From positions 10,727 through 74,726 of the forward strand of contig CAYOIJ010000003.1 of the NCBI GenBank assembly GCA_964404025.1: DNA of 64,000 nucleotides, in the 5' to 3' direction. The DNA comes from an uncultured Pseudomonadales bacterium (lineage in GTDB: Bacteria; Patescibacteriota; Microgenomatia; UBA1400; PJMF01). The translations under genes and the position numbers were made by a program. How positions within the stretch are numbered: the stretch's first letter is position 1; every line of letters starts with the position of its first letter. This document shows, one piece after another, positions 9,109 to 19,116 of the stretch. The notes below the pieces were generated by a model. That model ran no database searches and had not been told where the DNA came from. It worked only from the letters and a program-made list of their open reading frames with translations.

Positions 9109-10053
9109 CTAAGCTGGTAAAACTACTCCTTTTTTGGACAATGCCTCTTCAATTAAGTCAATGCTTTTACCACCTAAGTTTTTCACCTTGGATATTTCAG
9201 CTTTATTAGCGGCTAAAAGATCTTTAACAGTCTCAAAACCACCTTTACGCAAAGCGTTAGCAATTCTGGTAGGTAGGTCTAGTTCTTCAACTGTTAGACG
9301 CATTACTTCTAATTCTTCAGGACTAATTTCTGGTAATTCTTCTTCCACTTCCGGTAAAACTGGATCAACAATTTGCTTAAATTGAGCTATTAAAATTTCG
9401 CTAGCCTGTTTAACAGCTTGCAGTGGAGTAACACTACCATCAGTCTGAATATCAAAAACAATACGATCATAATCAGTACGACTACCAACTCGAGTAGCCT
9501 CAACATGATAAGCTACCTTAATCACCGGTGAAAATAGAGCATCAACTGCAATTTGACCAACATTTTCTATTTCAATTTCCTTGGCTAATTTATAGCCCAA
9601 GCCAGACTCAACCACCATTTCAATTTCCAAACTTTTACCCTTAGCAAGAGTTGCCAAGTAAAGATCTTTGTTGATTACTTCAAAACCTGCCTCACATTCA
9701 ATTTCTTTAGCAGTGATTTCTTTAGGACCTTTAGCATTAAGTCTTAAAATACCTGACTCATCACTATCTGATTTAATACGAATGTTTTTTAGATTTAAAA
9801 TTAAATCAACTATATCTTCTTTTAAACCTTCATAGGTACTAAACTGATGATTCACTCCCTCAATACTTAACTTTGTAATAGCCAAACCTGGTAGTGAAGT
9901 TAGTAAAACACGACGAAGTGCATTACCCAGGGTGTGGCCATAGCCATTGTCTAATGGCTCAACAACGATAGTTGAACGTGAACCATTAGTCTCCACCTCA
10001 CTAACAGTAAAAACTGGATTTATAATGTTGTAATTCTCTAAGGCTTTTGCCAT
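9109..10053 (-). CDS. rpoA: RNA polymerase alpha subunit
   Basis: GYGHTLGNALRRVLL, DALFSPV, alpha-CTD with KNLGGKS. Confidence 0.97.
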   Translation of the reverse strand: MAKALENYNIINPVFTVSEVETNGSRSTIVVEPLDNGYGHTLGNALRRVLLTSLPGLAITKLSIEGVNHQFSTYEGLKEDIVDLILNLKNIRIKSDSDESGILRLNAKGPKEITAKEIECEAGFEVINKDLYLATLAKGKSLEIEMVVESGLGYKLAKEIEIENVGQIAVDALFSPVIKVAYHVEATRVGSRTDYDRIVFDIQTDGSVTPLQAVKQASEILIAQFKQIVDPVLPEVEEELPEISPEELEVMRLTVEELDLPTRIANALRKGGFETVKDLLAANKAEISKVKNLGGKSIDLIEEALSKKGVVLPA

Positions 10054-10115
10054 TTCTTTTTCTCCTTTGTTTCACCTCCCTCGATATGAGGAATCTGTTT
10101 CTAGATTTATAATTA

Positions 10116-10724
10116 TTACCTATTGTAATATTCAACTATTAATTGTTCGTCAATTTTCTCGACGATATCTTCCCTAATTGGTAGTTTGACAATTTTAATT
10201 GAAGTTCCCTTCACTTCCAACCAGTTAGGAATCATTCTTTCTTCTTCCATGGCTGCAACTACCTGAGGGATTTTGGCAGTACGACTTTTCTTCATACTAA
10301 TTACATCTCCCACATCAAGCACATAAGAAGGAATGTTCATTTTTTTCTCATTAACTAAAAAGTGGTCATGATTAACTAATTGTCTAGCGGAAGCTCTAGT
10401 CAAAGCAAAACCAGCACGATAAACCACATTATCTAAACGTCGTTCTAGTAAGCTTAGTAAGGCTGTGCCAGTTGCTGCAGGGTTTTTACTAGCTTCTTCA
10501 AAAATTTTGCGCAGCTGCCTTTCCATAATGCCGTAGATATATTTTAGCTTTTGTTTTTCTTTTAACTGTAAAGCATAATCTGATACTCTTCGATGAGCTT
10601 TCGCTCCATGTTGACCAGGTCTAATGGCTAAGCGTCTAGCTGTTTTTAAAGCATTAGTTTTTAAACCCAAGTCTTCACCAATTTGTCTTTGTAGTTTTTG
10701 TTTTGGACCACTGTATCTTGCCAT
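10116..10724 (-). CDS. rpsD: ribosomal protein uS4 (no Zn-finger cysteines)
   Basis: MARYSGP, PGQHG, LERRLDNVVYR, LIVEYY. Confidence 0.97.
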   Translation of the reverse strand: MARYSGPKQKLQRQIGEDLGLKTNALKTARRLAIRPGQHGAKAHRRVSDYALQLKEKQKLKYIYGIMERQLRKIFEEASKNPAATGTALLSLLERRLDNVVYRAGFALTRASARQLVNHDHFLVNEKKMNIPSYVLDVGDVISMKKSRTAKIPQVVAAMEEERMIPNWLEVKGTSIKIVKLPIREDIVEKIDEQLIVEYYNR

Positions 10725-10741
10725 ATTAATTTCTTAGAAGT

Positions 10742-11155
10742 TTAATTTCTAGCCTTTCTTGGTCTGGTGCCATTGTGTGGCACTGGGGTTAAATCAGCAA
10801 TCATGCTTACTCTAATCCCTTGAGCCCTTAGAACACGTAAAGCGACATCTCTTCCCGGTCCAGGTCCTTTTAAATAAACCTCCATTTGATTCATTCCATA
10901 ATTATTTTTAGCTTTATTAACAGCATTTTCTACAGTAATGGTAGCAGCATAAGGAGTTGACTTACGAGAACCACTAAATCCTGAGCCACCAGTGCTTTCC
11001 CAGCACAAAACATTACCTTTTTCATCTGTAATACTAACTAAGGTATTATTAAAGGTAGCACTAACGTATAGTCTGCCTTTAGTCACCGTTCTGGTGCTTT
11101 TTCTATAATTAGTTTTTTTCTTTTTATTAGTTGGTTTTTTGCTAACTTCTGCCAT
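10742..11155 (-). CDS. rpsK: ribosomal protein uS11
   Basis: ATFNNT, RKSTPYAA, GPGPGR, TPVPHNG. Confidence 0.97.
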   Translation of the reverse strand: MAEVSKKPTNKKKKTNYRKSTRTVTKGRLYVSATFNNTLVSITDEKGNVLCWESTGGSGFSGSRKSTPYAATITVENAVNKAKNNYGMNQMEVYLKGPGPGRDVALRVLRAQGIRVSMIADLTPVPHNGTRPRKARN

Positions 11156-11166
11156 AACAATCCTTG

Positions 11167-11571
11167 TTACTTAACTTTCTTAGCCTCTTCTGATTTAGTC
11201 GCAGCCTCTTTAGATATTGCACCAATGGTCCGTCTAGCTCCACGCTTGGTTCTAGCATTTGACCTGGTTCTTTGACCACGAGTAGGCAAGCCGGCAACGT
11301 GTCGCATACCACGATAGGCCTGTATTCTTTTTAAACGAGCAATATTATCATTGACTTCACGACGCAAATCACCCTCAATCATGTAACTATCGAGAGCTGC
11401 TTGAATACGATTAATTTCTTCACCAGTTAAATCTTTGGCTCTTTTGTCTGGATTAATTCTGCATTTTTTAACAATTTCCTCAGCTAAATGAGAACCAACA
11501 CCATAAACATACTGTAGAGAAAAATTAATCTTTTTATTATCTGGTATATCATGTCCCGCAATACGTGGCAT
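11167..11571 (-). CDS. rpsM: ribosomal protein uS13
   Basis: MPRIAG, YRGMRH, LPTRGQRTRSNARTKRG. Confidence 0.97.
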   Translation of the reverse strand: MPRIAGHDIPDNKKINFSLQYVYGVGSHLAEEIVKKCRINPDKRAKDLTGEEINRIQAALDSYMIEGDLRREVNDNIARLKRIQAYRGMRHVAGLPTRGQRTRSNARTKRGARRTIGAISKEAATKSEEAKKVK

Positions 11572-11574
11572 AGT

Positions 11575-11688
11575 TTATCCTTGCCTCTGCTTGTGTTTAG
11601 GATTGATGCAAATTACATATAATTTGCCGCGTCGCTTAACAAGCTTGCAATTTTTACACATTTTCTTTAATGATGCTTTTACTTTCAT
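11575..11688 (-). CDS. rpmJ: ribosomal protein bL36 (Zn-ribbon type)
   Basis: Below the ORF-track cutoff; manual translation [37 protein letters not shown]. Confidence 0.97.
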   Translation of the reverse strand: MKVKASLKKMCKNCKLVKRRGKLYVICINPKHKQRQG

Positions 11689-11767
11689 AATGACAGACGT
11701 GCAATATACCTTACTAGACCGAATTTTTAAAGAGTTAAATTGGCCTATTAAAGAATATTCTTTACTC

Positions 11768-12103
11768 CTACTGATTTGTTTTAGACTGCCTATTAGTTGA
11801 GCGATAGGTAATCTTACATTTTGTTAAATCGTATTTACTAACATAGCCCTTAACTTGATCTCCAGGCATAACTCGAATTCGATAAAGACGCATTTTGCCT
11901 GCTAAGGTGCCTAATAATAAACGGCCCTTCATCTGTTCTGCTGTTGAATCAATCACCCTCACCTTAAACATCGTATTTGGCAAGCAAGATTCAACTTCGC
12001 CAATAATCTCAAAACGATCGCTTTGGCTTTGAGCGCTAGACAATGTAAAGTCAACTTGGCGCTTAGCCTTGGCAGCTCGCTTATGTTCTTGTACTTTTCC
12101 CAT
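11768..12103 (-). CDS. infA: translation initiation factor IF-1, extended (111 aa)
   Basis: [14 protein letters not shown]...[16 protein letters not shown]...[11 protein letters not shown]; syntenic position between adk and rpmJ. Confidence 0.9.
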   Translation of the reverse strand: MGKVQEHKRAAKAKRQVDFTLSSAQSQSDRFEIIGEVESCLPNTMFKVRVIDSTAEQMKGRLLLGTLAGKMRLYRIRVMPGDQVKGYVSKYDLTKCKITYRSTNRQSKTNQ

Positions 12104-12152
12104 AAACGAGCATTATACCAGATTTAGCAAAAAAAATCACTTATAAATCTGA

Positions 12153-12740
12153 CTATTTTGCTGTTTTTTTACTTTTTTGTTTATCTTTACCACTAATGTG
12201 CTCTACCTTGGTAACAATACCATTAAAAACCGCTTGAACACTCTGTTCACCATCAACTACCGCCAAATGCTTTCGTTCAGAGTAATAGTCCAGCACTTTT
12301 GAAGTTTTTTCATGAAAAAGGTTTATTCTTTTTCTAATGGCCTTCAGCGTTTCATCCTCTCGGTCAGCTTCTCGACCGGAAATTCTCCATAAGGCTTCTT
12401 TATCTGATACATCAATCAAAATTACAATTTCTTCACCTTTAGTAAATTTGTTAAAGGCTTTAGCTTGAGGGACAGTTCTCGGAAAACCGTCCAGAATAAA
12501 ACCCTTTTCATATTCAGGTTTTTTTAAATATTCAATGACTATCTCCAGGGCTTTATCGTCAGGAATTAGAAAGCCAGCATTAATTGTTTCTTTAACCCAA
12601 CGACCCAAAGCTGTTTTGCTCTTTGTCATTTGTCTAAAAATATGTCCAGAAGACAAATAGGGAACATTATATTTTTCTGATAGTAAATTACCTTGCGTGG
12701 ATTTACCCGCTCCCTGAATACCAATTAAAACTAATTTCAT
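12153..12740 (-). CDS. adk: adenylate kinase, short-LID type
   Basis: GIQGAGKSTQ P-loop, GFILDGFPRT, short GREADRED lid. Confidence 0.93.
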   Translation of the reverse strand: MKLVLIGIQGAGKSTQGNLLSEKYNVPYLSSGHIFRQMTKSKTALGRWVKETINAGFLIPDDKALEIVIEYLKKPEYEKGFILDGFPRTVPQAKAFNKFTKGEEIVILIDVSDKEALWRISGREADREDETLKAIRKRINLFHEKTSKVLDYYSERKHLAVVDGEQSVQAVFNGIVTKVEHISGKDKQKSKKTAK

Positions 12741-12763
12741 AATGCCTTTCCGGCTATAAATTA

Positions 12764-14059
12764 TTAACTTAATTTTGTATAACGATCGTAATTTTCACTT
12801 AATAATTGAGACTCAACTTGTTTGGCTGTTTCTAAAATTACAGAAACCACAATCAATACGCTTGTTCCTCCCACAGCTAAAGCTTGAATATTGGTAAGCA
12901 TCTGGGCGATCGTGGGTAAAACAGCAATTGAAGCTAAGAAAAGTGCTCCAGCAAAAGTAACTCTTGTAACAACAAATTCTAAATATTTACGAGTCGGACC
13001 TCCAGGCCTAATTCCAGGAATAAAGGCTCCGCTCTTTTTTAATTCGTCACTAATGTCCTCAGCGTTAAAGAAAATAATGGCACTAAAATAACTAAAGACA
13101 AAGACTAAAACAAAATAAGTAATCAAATACCAAATGCTAGTAGGAGAAAAAATAAGGTTTAAGCTCTCTCCCAAGTTAACAAGAAACTCTCGGCCACTAA
13201 GAGTTAAAACACGGCCCAAAAAAGGTGGCAACATCATTAGGGAAACCGCGAAAATAATGGGCATTACTCCGGCTACATTAACCTTGATTGGTAGATGACT
13301 ACTTTGTCCTCCAACCTGTCTACCTCCTTGAATACGCTTAGCATATTGAATATTAACTTTACGCACCGCCTCATTGAAAAATACAACTAAGGCAATTACT
13401 GCTAAAGTTAAAGCTAAAATAACCAATACAACTGTTAATTGTCCACCATCTCCAATTAAGAATGATTGACCTATGCTAGCAGGAATCTGACTGACGATGC
13501 CTACTAATAGAATCATTGAAATACCATTGCCAATTCCATATTCAGAAATTAACTCACCCAACCACATGATTAACATCGAGCCTCCGATTAAAGTTAAGAT
13601 CACTATCGCCATAAACGCAGGTTGAGTATTAACTAACAAACCCTGAGAATTAAGTAAAGCCAAGGTGGCCACGGCCTGAACAGCCGCCACTGGAACAGAA
13701 ATAATGCGCATGTATTGATTAAGTTTGGCTTGACCAGCCTCTCCTTCTTTTTGCATTTCTTTAATCTTAGGAATCACCATTCCTAAAAGTTGCATAACAA
13801 TAGAGGCTGTAATATAAGGATTGATGCCTACCGCCACAATTGAAAATCTAGCTAAGGTTCCACCAGCAAATAAATTTAGAAAACTTAAAAATTGATTCGA
13901 AGCAAAAATTAATCGTAGGCGCTCAACATCTACGACTGGAACAGGAATGTGGGCAAGTAATCGACTGACAGCAAAAATGCTTAGAGTAAAAATGAGCTTT
14001 TTTTTAAGCGCTTGATTGGAAAAAATGGCCCGAATCTTTTTAATTATTTGTTCTAGCAC
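12764..14059 (-). CDS. secY: preprotein translocase SecY
   Basis: GINPYITASI, GIGNGIS, FIPGIRPG, GGTSVLIVV; GTG start. Confidence 0.97.
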   Translation of the reverse strand: MLEQIIKKIRAIFSNQALKKKLIFTLSIFAVSRLLAHIPVPVVDVERLRLIFASNQFLSFLNLFAGGTLARFSIVAVGINPYITASIVMQLLGMVIPKIKEMQKEGEAGQAKLNQYMRIISVPVAAVQAVATLALLNSQGLLVNTQPAFMAIVILTLIGGSMLIMWLGELISEYGIGNGISMILLVGIVSQIPASIGQSFLIGDGGQLTVVLVILALTLAVIALVVFFNEAVRKVNIQYAKRIQGGRQVGGQSSHLPIKVNVAGVMPIIFAVSLMMLPPFLGRVLTLSGREFLVNLGESLNLIFSPTSIWYLITYFVLVFVFSYFSAIIFFNAEDISDELKKSGAFIPGIRPGGPTRKYLEFVVTRVTFAGALFLASIAVLPTIAQMLTNIQALAVGGTSVLIVVSVILETAKQVESQLLSENYDRYTKLS

Positions 14060-14080
14060 AAAATTTTATTTTATATATAT

Positions 14081-14518
14081 TTATTCTACTTTTCCACCTA
14101 GTGATTCAATTTCTTTTTTGGCTGCCTGACTAACAGCCATTCCTTTAACATTAATTTTTCTATTTAATTTGCCTTTTTTGATAATCTTAGCCTGCTTAAA
14201 GCGCGGATCAATTAATTTATTCAACTTTAAACTATCTAAGCTAATTTCCTCTAAATCCATGGTGTTTAAATCATTAAAAGTTAGCTCTGCTGTTAAGTTA
14301 AGGGTTTTAAAACGCCCCTTACCTCGCCACATTGGTAGGCGTTTAGTTAAAGGCAGAGAACCACCTTCAAACCATAAAGGAATCTTTGAACCCCTTCTAG
14401 ATTTTTGGCCTTTTTGACCTCGACCAACTGTATGGCCCCCCTTGCCTGAACCATAACCACGACCCAAGCGCTTAGCAGATTTGGAGTTAGTTTTTTTAAG
14501 TTGAGTGAGTAATGACAT
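14081..14518 (-). CDS. rplO: ribosomal protein uL15
   Basis: RLGRGYGSGKG, GRGQKGQKSR, FEGG. Confidence 0.97.
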   Translation of the reverse strand: MSLLTQLKKTNSKSAKRLGRGYGSGKGGHTVGRGQKGQKSRRGSKIPLWFEGGSLPLTKRLPMWRGKGRFKTLNLTAELTFNDLNTMDLEEISLDSLKLNKLIDPRFKQAKIIKKGKLNRKINVKGMAVSQAAKKEIESLGGKVE

Positions 14519-14520
14519 AT

Positions 14521-15243
14521 TTAGCTTTTTGCTTTTGCTTTTACTTTGGTTTTTGGTTTGGGAGTTGAAGTTTTTTTCTTAATCGAAGTTTTCTTCTTAG
14601 ATTCAACCTTGTCTTTCTTTTGGAGCTTTTTTTTAGCTTGAGCTTTGCCTTGTTCTTGAGCTTGAGCCTGTTTCTGAACTTGAGCTTTTTCTTTAGCTTC
14701 TGCTTGAATGGCAGCTATTTTTTGACGCTCCTCTGCTTCTATCTCAGCAATGGAACGCAACTTAATACCTTTAATTTTAACTAAATTAGCAATGTGCTTT
14801 AGAGCTTTAAAGGTAGCATGAACACTAGAGGCCTGATTATCACTACCCATAATTTTAGCAACCACATCTCTAACTCCCGCAACTTCTACCACTGCTCTAA
14901 CTGGGCCTCCAGCTATTACTCCAGTACCTTTACTGGCTGGCTTAAGCATTACTCTTCCAGCTCCTCGTTTAACAGTTACTGCAAAAGGAATTGTAGTCCC
15001 ATCGAGCGGAACTATAATCATTTTTTGTTTAGCTTTTTTAACCCCTTTTTGTATAGCTGATAAAACATCAGTTGCTTTACCCAAACCCACTCCAACCTTG
15101 CCTTTTCGATCACCAACTACTACTAAAGCTGAAAAACCAATTTTGTTTCCTCCTTTGGTTTTTTTGGAGACTCGAGAAATTTGAATAACTTTCTCGTCAA
15201 ATTCTTTGGGTTGATTGTGTTTTTGAAAATTATTTCTTGCCAT
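14521..15243 (-). CDS. rpsE: ribosomal protein uS5 with long C-terminal extension
   Basis: RVSKKTKGG, FSALVVVGD, GTGVIAGG. Confidence 0.96.
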   Translation of the reverse strand: MARNNFQKHNQPKEFDEKVIQISRVSKKTKGGNKIGFSALVVVGDRKGKVGVGLGKATDVLSAIQKGVKKAKQKMIIVPLDGTTIPFAVTVKRGAGRVMLKPASKGTGVIAGGPVRAVVEVAGVRDVVAKIMGSDNQASSVHATFKALKHIANLVKIKGIKLRSIAEIEAEERQKIAAIQAEAKEKAQVQKQAQAQEQGKAQAKKKLQKKDKVESKKKTSIKKKTSTPKPKTKVKAKAKS

Positions 15244-15248
15244 ATGTT

Positions 15249-15608
15249 TTATAGATTAATACCACCTTCTCTTAGAGTATCAGCCACCGCTTTTATTCGA
15301 CCATGATATTTGTAATAAGAACGATCCAAAACTAAAGCTTTGATTTTTTTCTCCTTAAGTTTTTCTAATAATTCTTGAGCGCTTGCTATCGATTTTTCAC
15401 TTTTAGTACCCTTATGCGTTCTTTTTTTACCAAAATCTGCACTAGCCACCAAAGTTTCACCTTTAGAATCATCAATGACCTGTAAATATAAATGTTTATT
15501 AGAACGGAAAACAGTTAAACGAGGTCGCTTGCTAGTACCAAAAATTTTAGCTCTCACTCGCTTTTGTCTTTTAATACGCTGGTTAAGTGTTTTTTTAATA
15601 TTTAACAT
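15249..15608 (-). CDS. rplR: ribosomal protein uL18
   Basis: RPRLTVFRSNKHLYLQVIDD, YHGRIKA. Confidence 0.97.
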   Translation of the reverse strand: MLNIKKTLNQRIKRQKRVRAKIFGTSKRPRLTVFRSNKHLYLQVIDDSKGETLVASADFGKKRTHKGTKSEKSIASAQELLEKLKEKKIKALVLDRSYYKYHGRIKAVADTLREGGINL

Positions 15609-16144
15609 TAAGCCACGGTCTTTCCTGGTTTGGTTCTTACTACTTCATCGCTATATCTAATTCCCTTGCCTAAATAAGGCTCTGGTGGTCTTAGGCTACG
15701 AATATTTGCGCTTATTTGACCAACTAGCTGTTTATCTATACCCTCAACATGAATAGTGTCGTTACCCTCTATTTTAAAAGTAATTCCTGGCACCGCATCA
15801 ACAGTTACTGGATGAGAAAAACCCAGGGTCATGCTCAATCCTGCTCCCGCACTACTTACTCGGTAACCAGTGCCCACTAATTTTAAAGTTTTTTTATAAG
15901 CTTCGGTCACTCCTAAGATGTTGTTGGCAAGTAAACTTCTCATTAAACCATGGTTGGCTCGACTTTGCTTCAAATTGTTTTTGCGCTCAACAATAATTTC
16001 CTTATCTTCAATTTTTACTTTAATTCCACTAACTAAAGGTGTGCTTAATTCACCCTTGGGACCACGAATGGCTACACTATCACTGGCCACAGTGACAGTC
16101 ACTTGCTCTGGAATAATAATATTTTTTTTACCAATTTTTGACAT
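15608..16144 (-). CDS. rplF: ribosomal protein uL6
   Basis: MSKIGK start at ATG 16144; GPKGEL, PEPYLGKGIRY. Confidence 0.96.
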   Translation of the reverse strand: MSKIGKKNIIIPEQVTVTVASDSVAIRGPKGELSTPLVSGIKVKIEDKEIIVERKNNLKQSRANHGLMRSLLANNILGVTEAYKKTLKLVGTGYRVSSAGAGLSMTLGFSHPVTVDAVPGITFKIEGNDTIHVEGIDKQLVGQISANIRSLRPPEPYLGKGIRYSDEVVRTKPGKTVA

Positions 16145-16149
16145 ATTCT

Positions 16150-16539
16150 TTACCAAATTTGACAAAGTATTTCGCCACCTACTTTAGCTTTGCGAGCTGC
16201 TTTATCGTCCATAATTCCTAAGTTGCTTGATAAAATCGTTAAACCATAACCATTTAGGGTTTTGGGGATTTCATCAGCCTTGACATAAGTTCTTCTTCCT
16301 GGCTTAGAGACACGCTTTACATTGGTGATCGCACTCAACTTACCAACATATCTTAAGACAATTTTAATCTCTTTTTGAGGCTTTTTTTCTATAATTTCAT
16401 AATCTGTAATATAGTTATTCTCTTTGAGCAATTTAACAATTGCTTCTTTTACTTTTGAATGAGGCATCACAAGATCTTTGCGTTCTGCCATACACGCATT
16501 TTTTATTCTGATGATCATGTCTGCAATAGGATCTGTCAT
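16150..16539 (-). CDS. rpsH: ribosomal protein uS8
   Basis: MTDPIADMIIRIKNA, SKPGRR, GGEILC. Confidence 0.97.
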   Translation of the reverse strand: MTDPIADMIIRIKNACMAERKDLVMPHSKVKEAIVKLLKENNYITDYEIIEKKPQKEIKIVLRYVGKLSAITNVKRVSKPGRRTYVKADEIPKTLNGYGLTILSSNLGIMDDKAARKAKVGGEILCQIW

Positions 16540-16557
16540 ATTTTTGTTTTATTTTCC

Positions 16558-16788
16558 TTACTTACTGCTTTTAACTACTCCTGGCAATTCACCTTTGCTA
16601 GCTAACTCTCTGAAAGTTAAACGACTCAAACCAAAGAAGCGCATATAACCTCTAGGACGACCGGTAATTTTACAACGGTTTACGCCTCTAGTCGAGACTC
16701 GATTTTTTTTACGCTTACCCGCTTTCAGATAAGTGACTCTTTTTTTTAGAAGCTTTTTAGATTTAGCAATCTTTGATTTTTTAGCCAT
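16558..16788 (-). CDS. rpsN: ribosomal protein uS14, Zn-independent form
   Basis: [11 protein letters not shown]...[12 protein letters not shown]...LPGVVKSS. Confidence 0.95.
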   Translation of the reverse strand: MAKKSKIAKSKKLLKKRVTYLKAGKRKKNRVSTRGVNRCKITGRPRGYMRFFGLSRLTFRELASKGELPGVVKSSK

Positions 16789-16791
16789 AAA

Positions 16792-17361
16792 TTATTTGTT
16801 CCTTGCCAATTCTTCTTTTTCAAAAGGCATGCCTAGTAACTCTAACAATCGCAATGAGCGTTCATCATTGCTATTGCTGACTACTATATTAACTTGTAAA
16901 CCGCGAATTTTTTCAATTTGATCAAAATCGATTTCTGGAAATGCAATTTGTTCCTCAATACCTAAGCTATAATTTCCTCGACCATCAAAAGCTGTTTTTG
17001 ACACTCCACGAAAGTCTTTTACTCTAGGCAAAACTAAAGAAATCAATTTGTCTAAAAACTCCCACATTTGCTCACCCCTCAAAGTCACCATTAAACCCAA
17101 AGGATCACCCTGGCGTAATTTAAAATTAGAAATAGCTAAACGAGCCTTAGTAATCATTGGCCTTTGACCAGCAATAATTTCAAGTTGTTTAATCAAAATA
17201 GGCATAACTTTTTCTCGTGCTTTTGGATCTGCCGGATCAGTTACTCCCATATTTAAAACAATCTTCTCAATTTTAGGCACAGCAAATAAATTTGGCTGCT
17301 TAAACTCTTTTTTAAGAGTTGGCGCCACCTTTTCATGGTATTGTTTTCTTAAACGATTCAT
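16792..17361 (-). CDS. rplE: ribosomal protein uL5
   Basis: PKIEKIVLNMG, LPRVKDFRG, FDGRGNY. Confidence 0.97.
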   Translation of the reverse strand: MNRLRKQYHEKVAPTLKKEFKQPNLFAVPKIEKIVLNMGVTDPADPKAREKVMPILIKQLEIIAGQRPMITKARLAISNFKLRQGDPLGLMVTLRGEQMWEFLDKLISLVLPRVKDFRGVSKTAFDGRGNYSLGIEEQIAFPEIDFDQIEKIRGLQVNIVVSNSNDERSLRLLELLGMPFEKEELARNK

Positions 17362-17364
17362 AAT

Positions 17365-17874
17365 TTAACCCTTGTCCTGAGTCTTTCTGATTCTGCCAAT
17401 TTTAGCAATTTTACTGATAGCTTTTTTGCTTGCCTTTTTTTCAGTCTCGATTGCCTTTTGGGACATTTTTTGGCTACTAAGACTTAGATCAGCGTCCGTC
17501 TTAGCACTTGTTTTCTTGTCTTTCTTTTTACTTTTTTTGTCTTCTTTAACTGCTTTTTCCAATTTTTCTACTTTAGCTAATTGACCAGTTTTTTTGAAAA
17601 AACGTTCTTTCTGACCATCTGCTGTTTTACGATAAGCTAAACGATCTGCTTGGTCTTTATCATTTAAAACAGCAATATTAGCTACTGGTAGGGGTCTCTC
17701 ACGTCTTATCTTTTCGCCAGGTTTGTCCATAAAGGGTTTAACGTGTTTAAAATAAAGATTGATATCTTTAACTAAAACCTTATTTTCTCTCGGCAGCAAG
17801 CCCACAATCACACTCTTTTTACCCTTATCTTTGCCAGCAGTTATTAGTACTTTGTCGCCAACTTTAAATTTCAT
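17365..17874 (-). CDS. rplX: ribosomal protein uL24 with Lys-rich C-terminal tail
   Basis: [19 protein letters not shown] motif. Confidence 0.95.
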   Translation of the reverse strand: MKFKVGDKVLITAGKDKGKKSVIVGLLPRENKVLVKDINLYFKHVKPFMDKPGEKIRRERPLPVANIAVLNDKDQADRLAYRKTADGQKERFFKKTGQLAKVEKLEKAVKEDKKSKKKDKKTSAKTDADLSLSSQKMSQKAIETEKKASKKAISKIAKIGRIRKTQDKG

Positions 17875-18245
17875 AATACCTCCGGCGCTAAGCTAGCTAT
17901 TTTACTAAAACCGTTTTCTTTAACCTCACGAGCTATTGGTCCAAACACACGAGTTCCCACTGGCTCTTTACTATCACGAGCTTGAATAACAACTGCAGCA
18001 TTATCATCAAATCTTAAATACTCTCCTGTAGAGCGTCTTTTCTCTTTAGTTGTTCTAACGATAACTGCTCTCACTTTTTCACCCTTTTTTAAATTCCCAA
18101 CGGTATCGGCACTAATCACTGAAGCAACTACTATATCACCCACAGCACCAAACCTTCTTTTAGAGCCACCATACACTTGGATAACCCTAATTTTTTTGGC
18201 CCCACTATTATCTGCAACGTTTAAAACACTTCTTAGTTGTATCAT
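17871..18245 (-). CDS. rplN: ribosomal protein uL14
   Basis: [22 protein letters not shown]. Confidence 0.97.
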   Translation of the reverse strand: MIQLRSVLNVADNSGAKKIRVIQVYGGSKRRFGAVGDIVVASVISADTVGNLKKGEKVRAVIVRTTKEKRRSTGEYLRFDDNAAVVIQARDSKEPVGTRVFGPIAREVKENGFSKIASLAPEVL

Positions 18246-18487
18246 TGTTGTTTCTCAATTTTTTTTATTACTTTAAAGCTTTTGGTTTTACTAATGGGTC
18301 TGCACTCATGAATTTCCACCATATCGCCAATAGCTAATTTAATTTTCTTAGGATCATAGTCGCTAGCAAATTTTTTACTACGCTTAACTCTTTTTTCATA
18401 AAGAGGATGAATCCACATTCTACTCACTTCAACAGTAGCGGTTTTCTGGTTTTTCAGTGATACAACTTTACCGTTTAATTTTTTCAT
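18242..18487 (-). CDS. rpsQ: ribosomal protein uS17
   Basis: [21 protein letters not shown]. Confidence 0.96.
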   Translation of the reverse strand: MKKLNGKVVSLKNQKTATVEVSRMWIHPLYEKRVKRSKKFASDYDPKKIKLAIGDMVEIHECRPISKTKSFKVIKKIEKQQ

Positions 18488-18693
18488 ATTGACTGTCTTA
18501 ATTCTTTTTCACGTAATATTGTTTTAATACGAGCGATGTCTTTTCTCAAGTTCTTTAATTTGGCAGGACTATCGAGTTTACCAGCTTTAGCCAATAAACG
18601 CATGCCCGCTAAATCCTTAGTCAAAACACTCAGTTCTTTATTTAATTCTAATTGGTCCTTGCCGTGCAAGGCTTTAATGTCATTAGCTTTCAT
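18484..18693 (-). CDS. rpmC: ribosomal protein uL29
   Basis: RKDIARIKTILRE; synteny. Confidence 0.94.
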   Translation of the reverse strand: MKANDIKALHGKDQLELNKELSVLTKDLAGMRLLAKAGKLDSPAKLKNLRKDIARIKTILREKELRQSI

Positions 18694-18694
18694 T

Positions 18695-19099
18695 TTATTT
18701 CTTTACAAATATGGTCTTAACTGATAATTTGTGACTGGCCTTATTTAAAGCAGAACGAGCTATCGCTTCACTAACTCCTCCAACCTCAAACAAAATAAAT
18801 CCTGGTCTAACTGGAGCCACATATTGATCAATAGCTCCCTTTCCTGAACCCATTTTCACACCAACTGGCTTTTTTGTTAAAGATTTATGTGGGAAAACCT
18901 TAATCCAATATTTACCTTCTCTTTTAGTCACATAAGTAATTTTCTTACGAGCTGCTTCAATCTGTCTTGCAGATAACTCTCCACGCTCAGTTGCTTTTAA
19001 ACCAAAATCACCAAAAGCAAGCTCAGTACCCCGACTGGCTACACCTCGATTTTTGCCTCTAAATGTTTTGCGGTATTTAACTTTTTTTGGTTGCAACAT
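18695..19099 (-). CDS. rplP: ribosomal protein uL16
   Basis: MLQPKKVKYRK, QIEAAR, MGSGKG. Confidence 0.97.
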   Translation of the reverse strand: MLQPKKVKYRKTFRGKNRGVASRGTELAFGDFGLKATERGELSARQIEAARKKITYVTKREGKYWIKVFPHKSLTKKPVGVKMGSGKGAIDQYVAPVRPGFILFEVGGVSEAIARSALNKASHKLSVKTIFVKK

Positions 19100-19116
19100 T
19101 TTCTAATTTCCTAAAT

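Noticed and set aside
14521-14780. uS5 C-terminal extension as a fused uL30
   Set aside because: Low-complexity A/Q/K/E sequence with no resemblance to uL30, despite occupying the rpmD position
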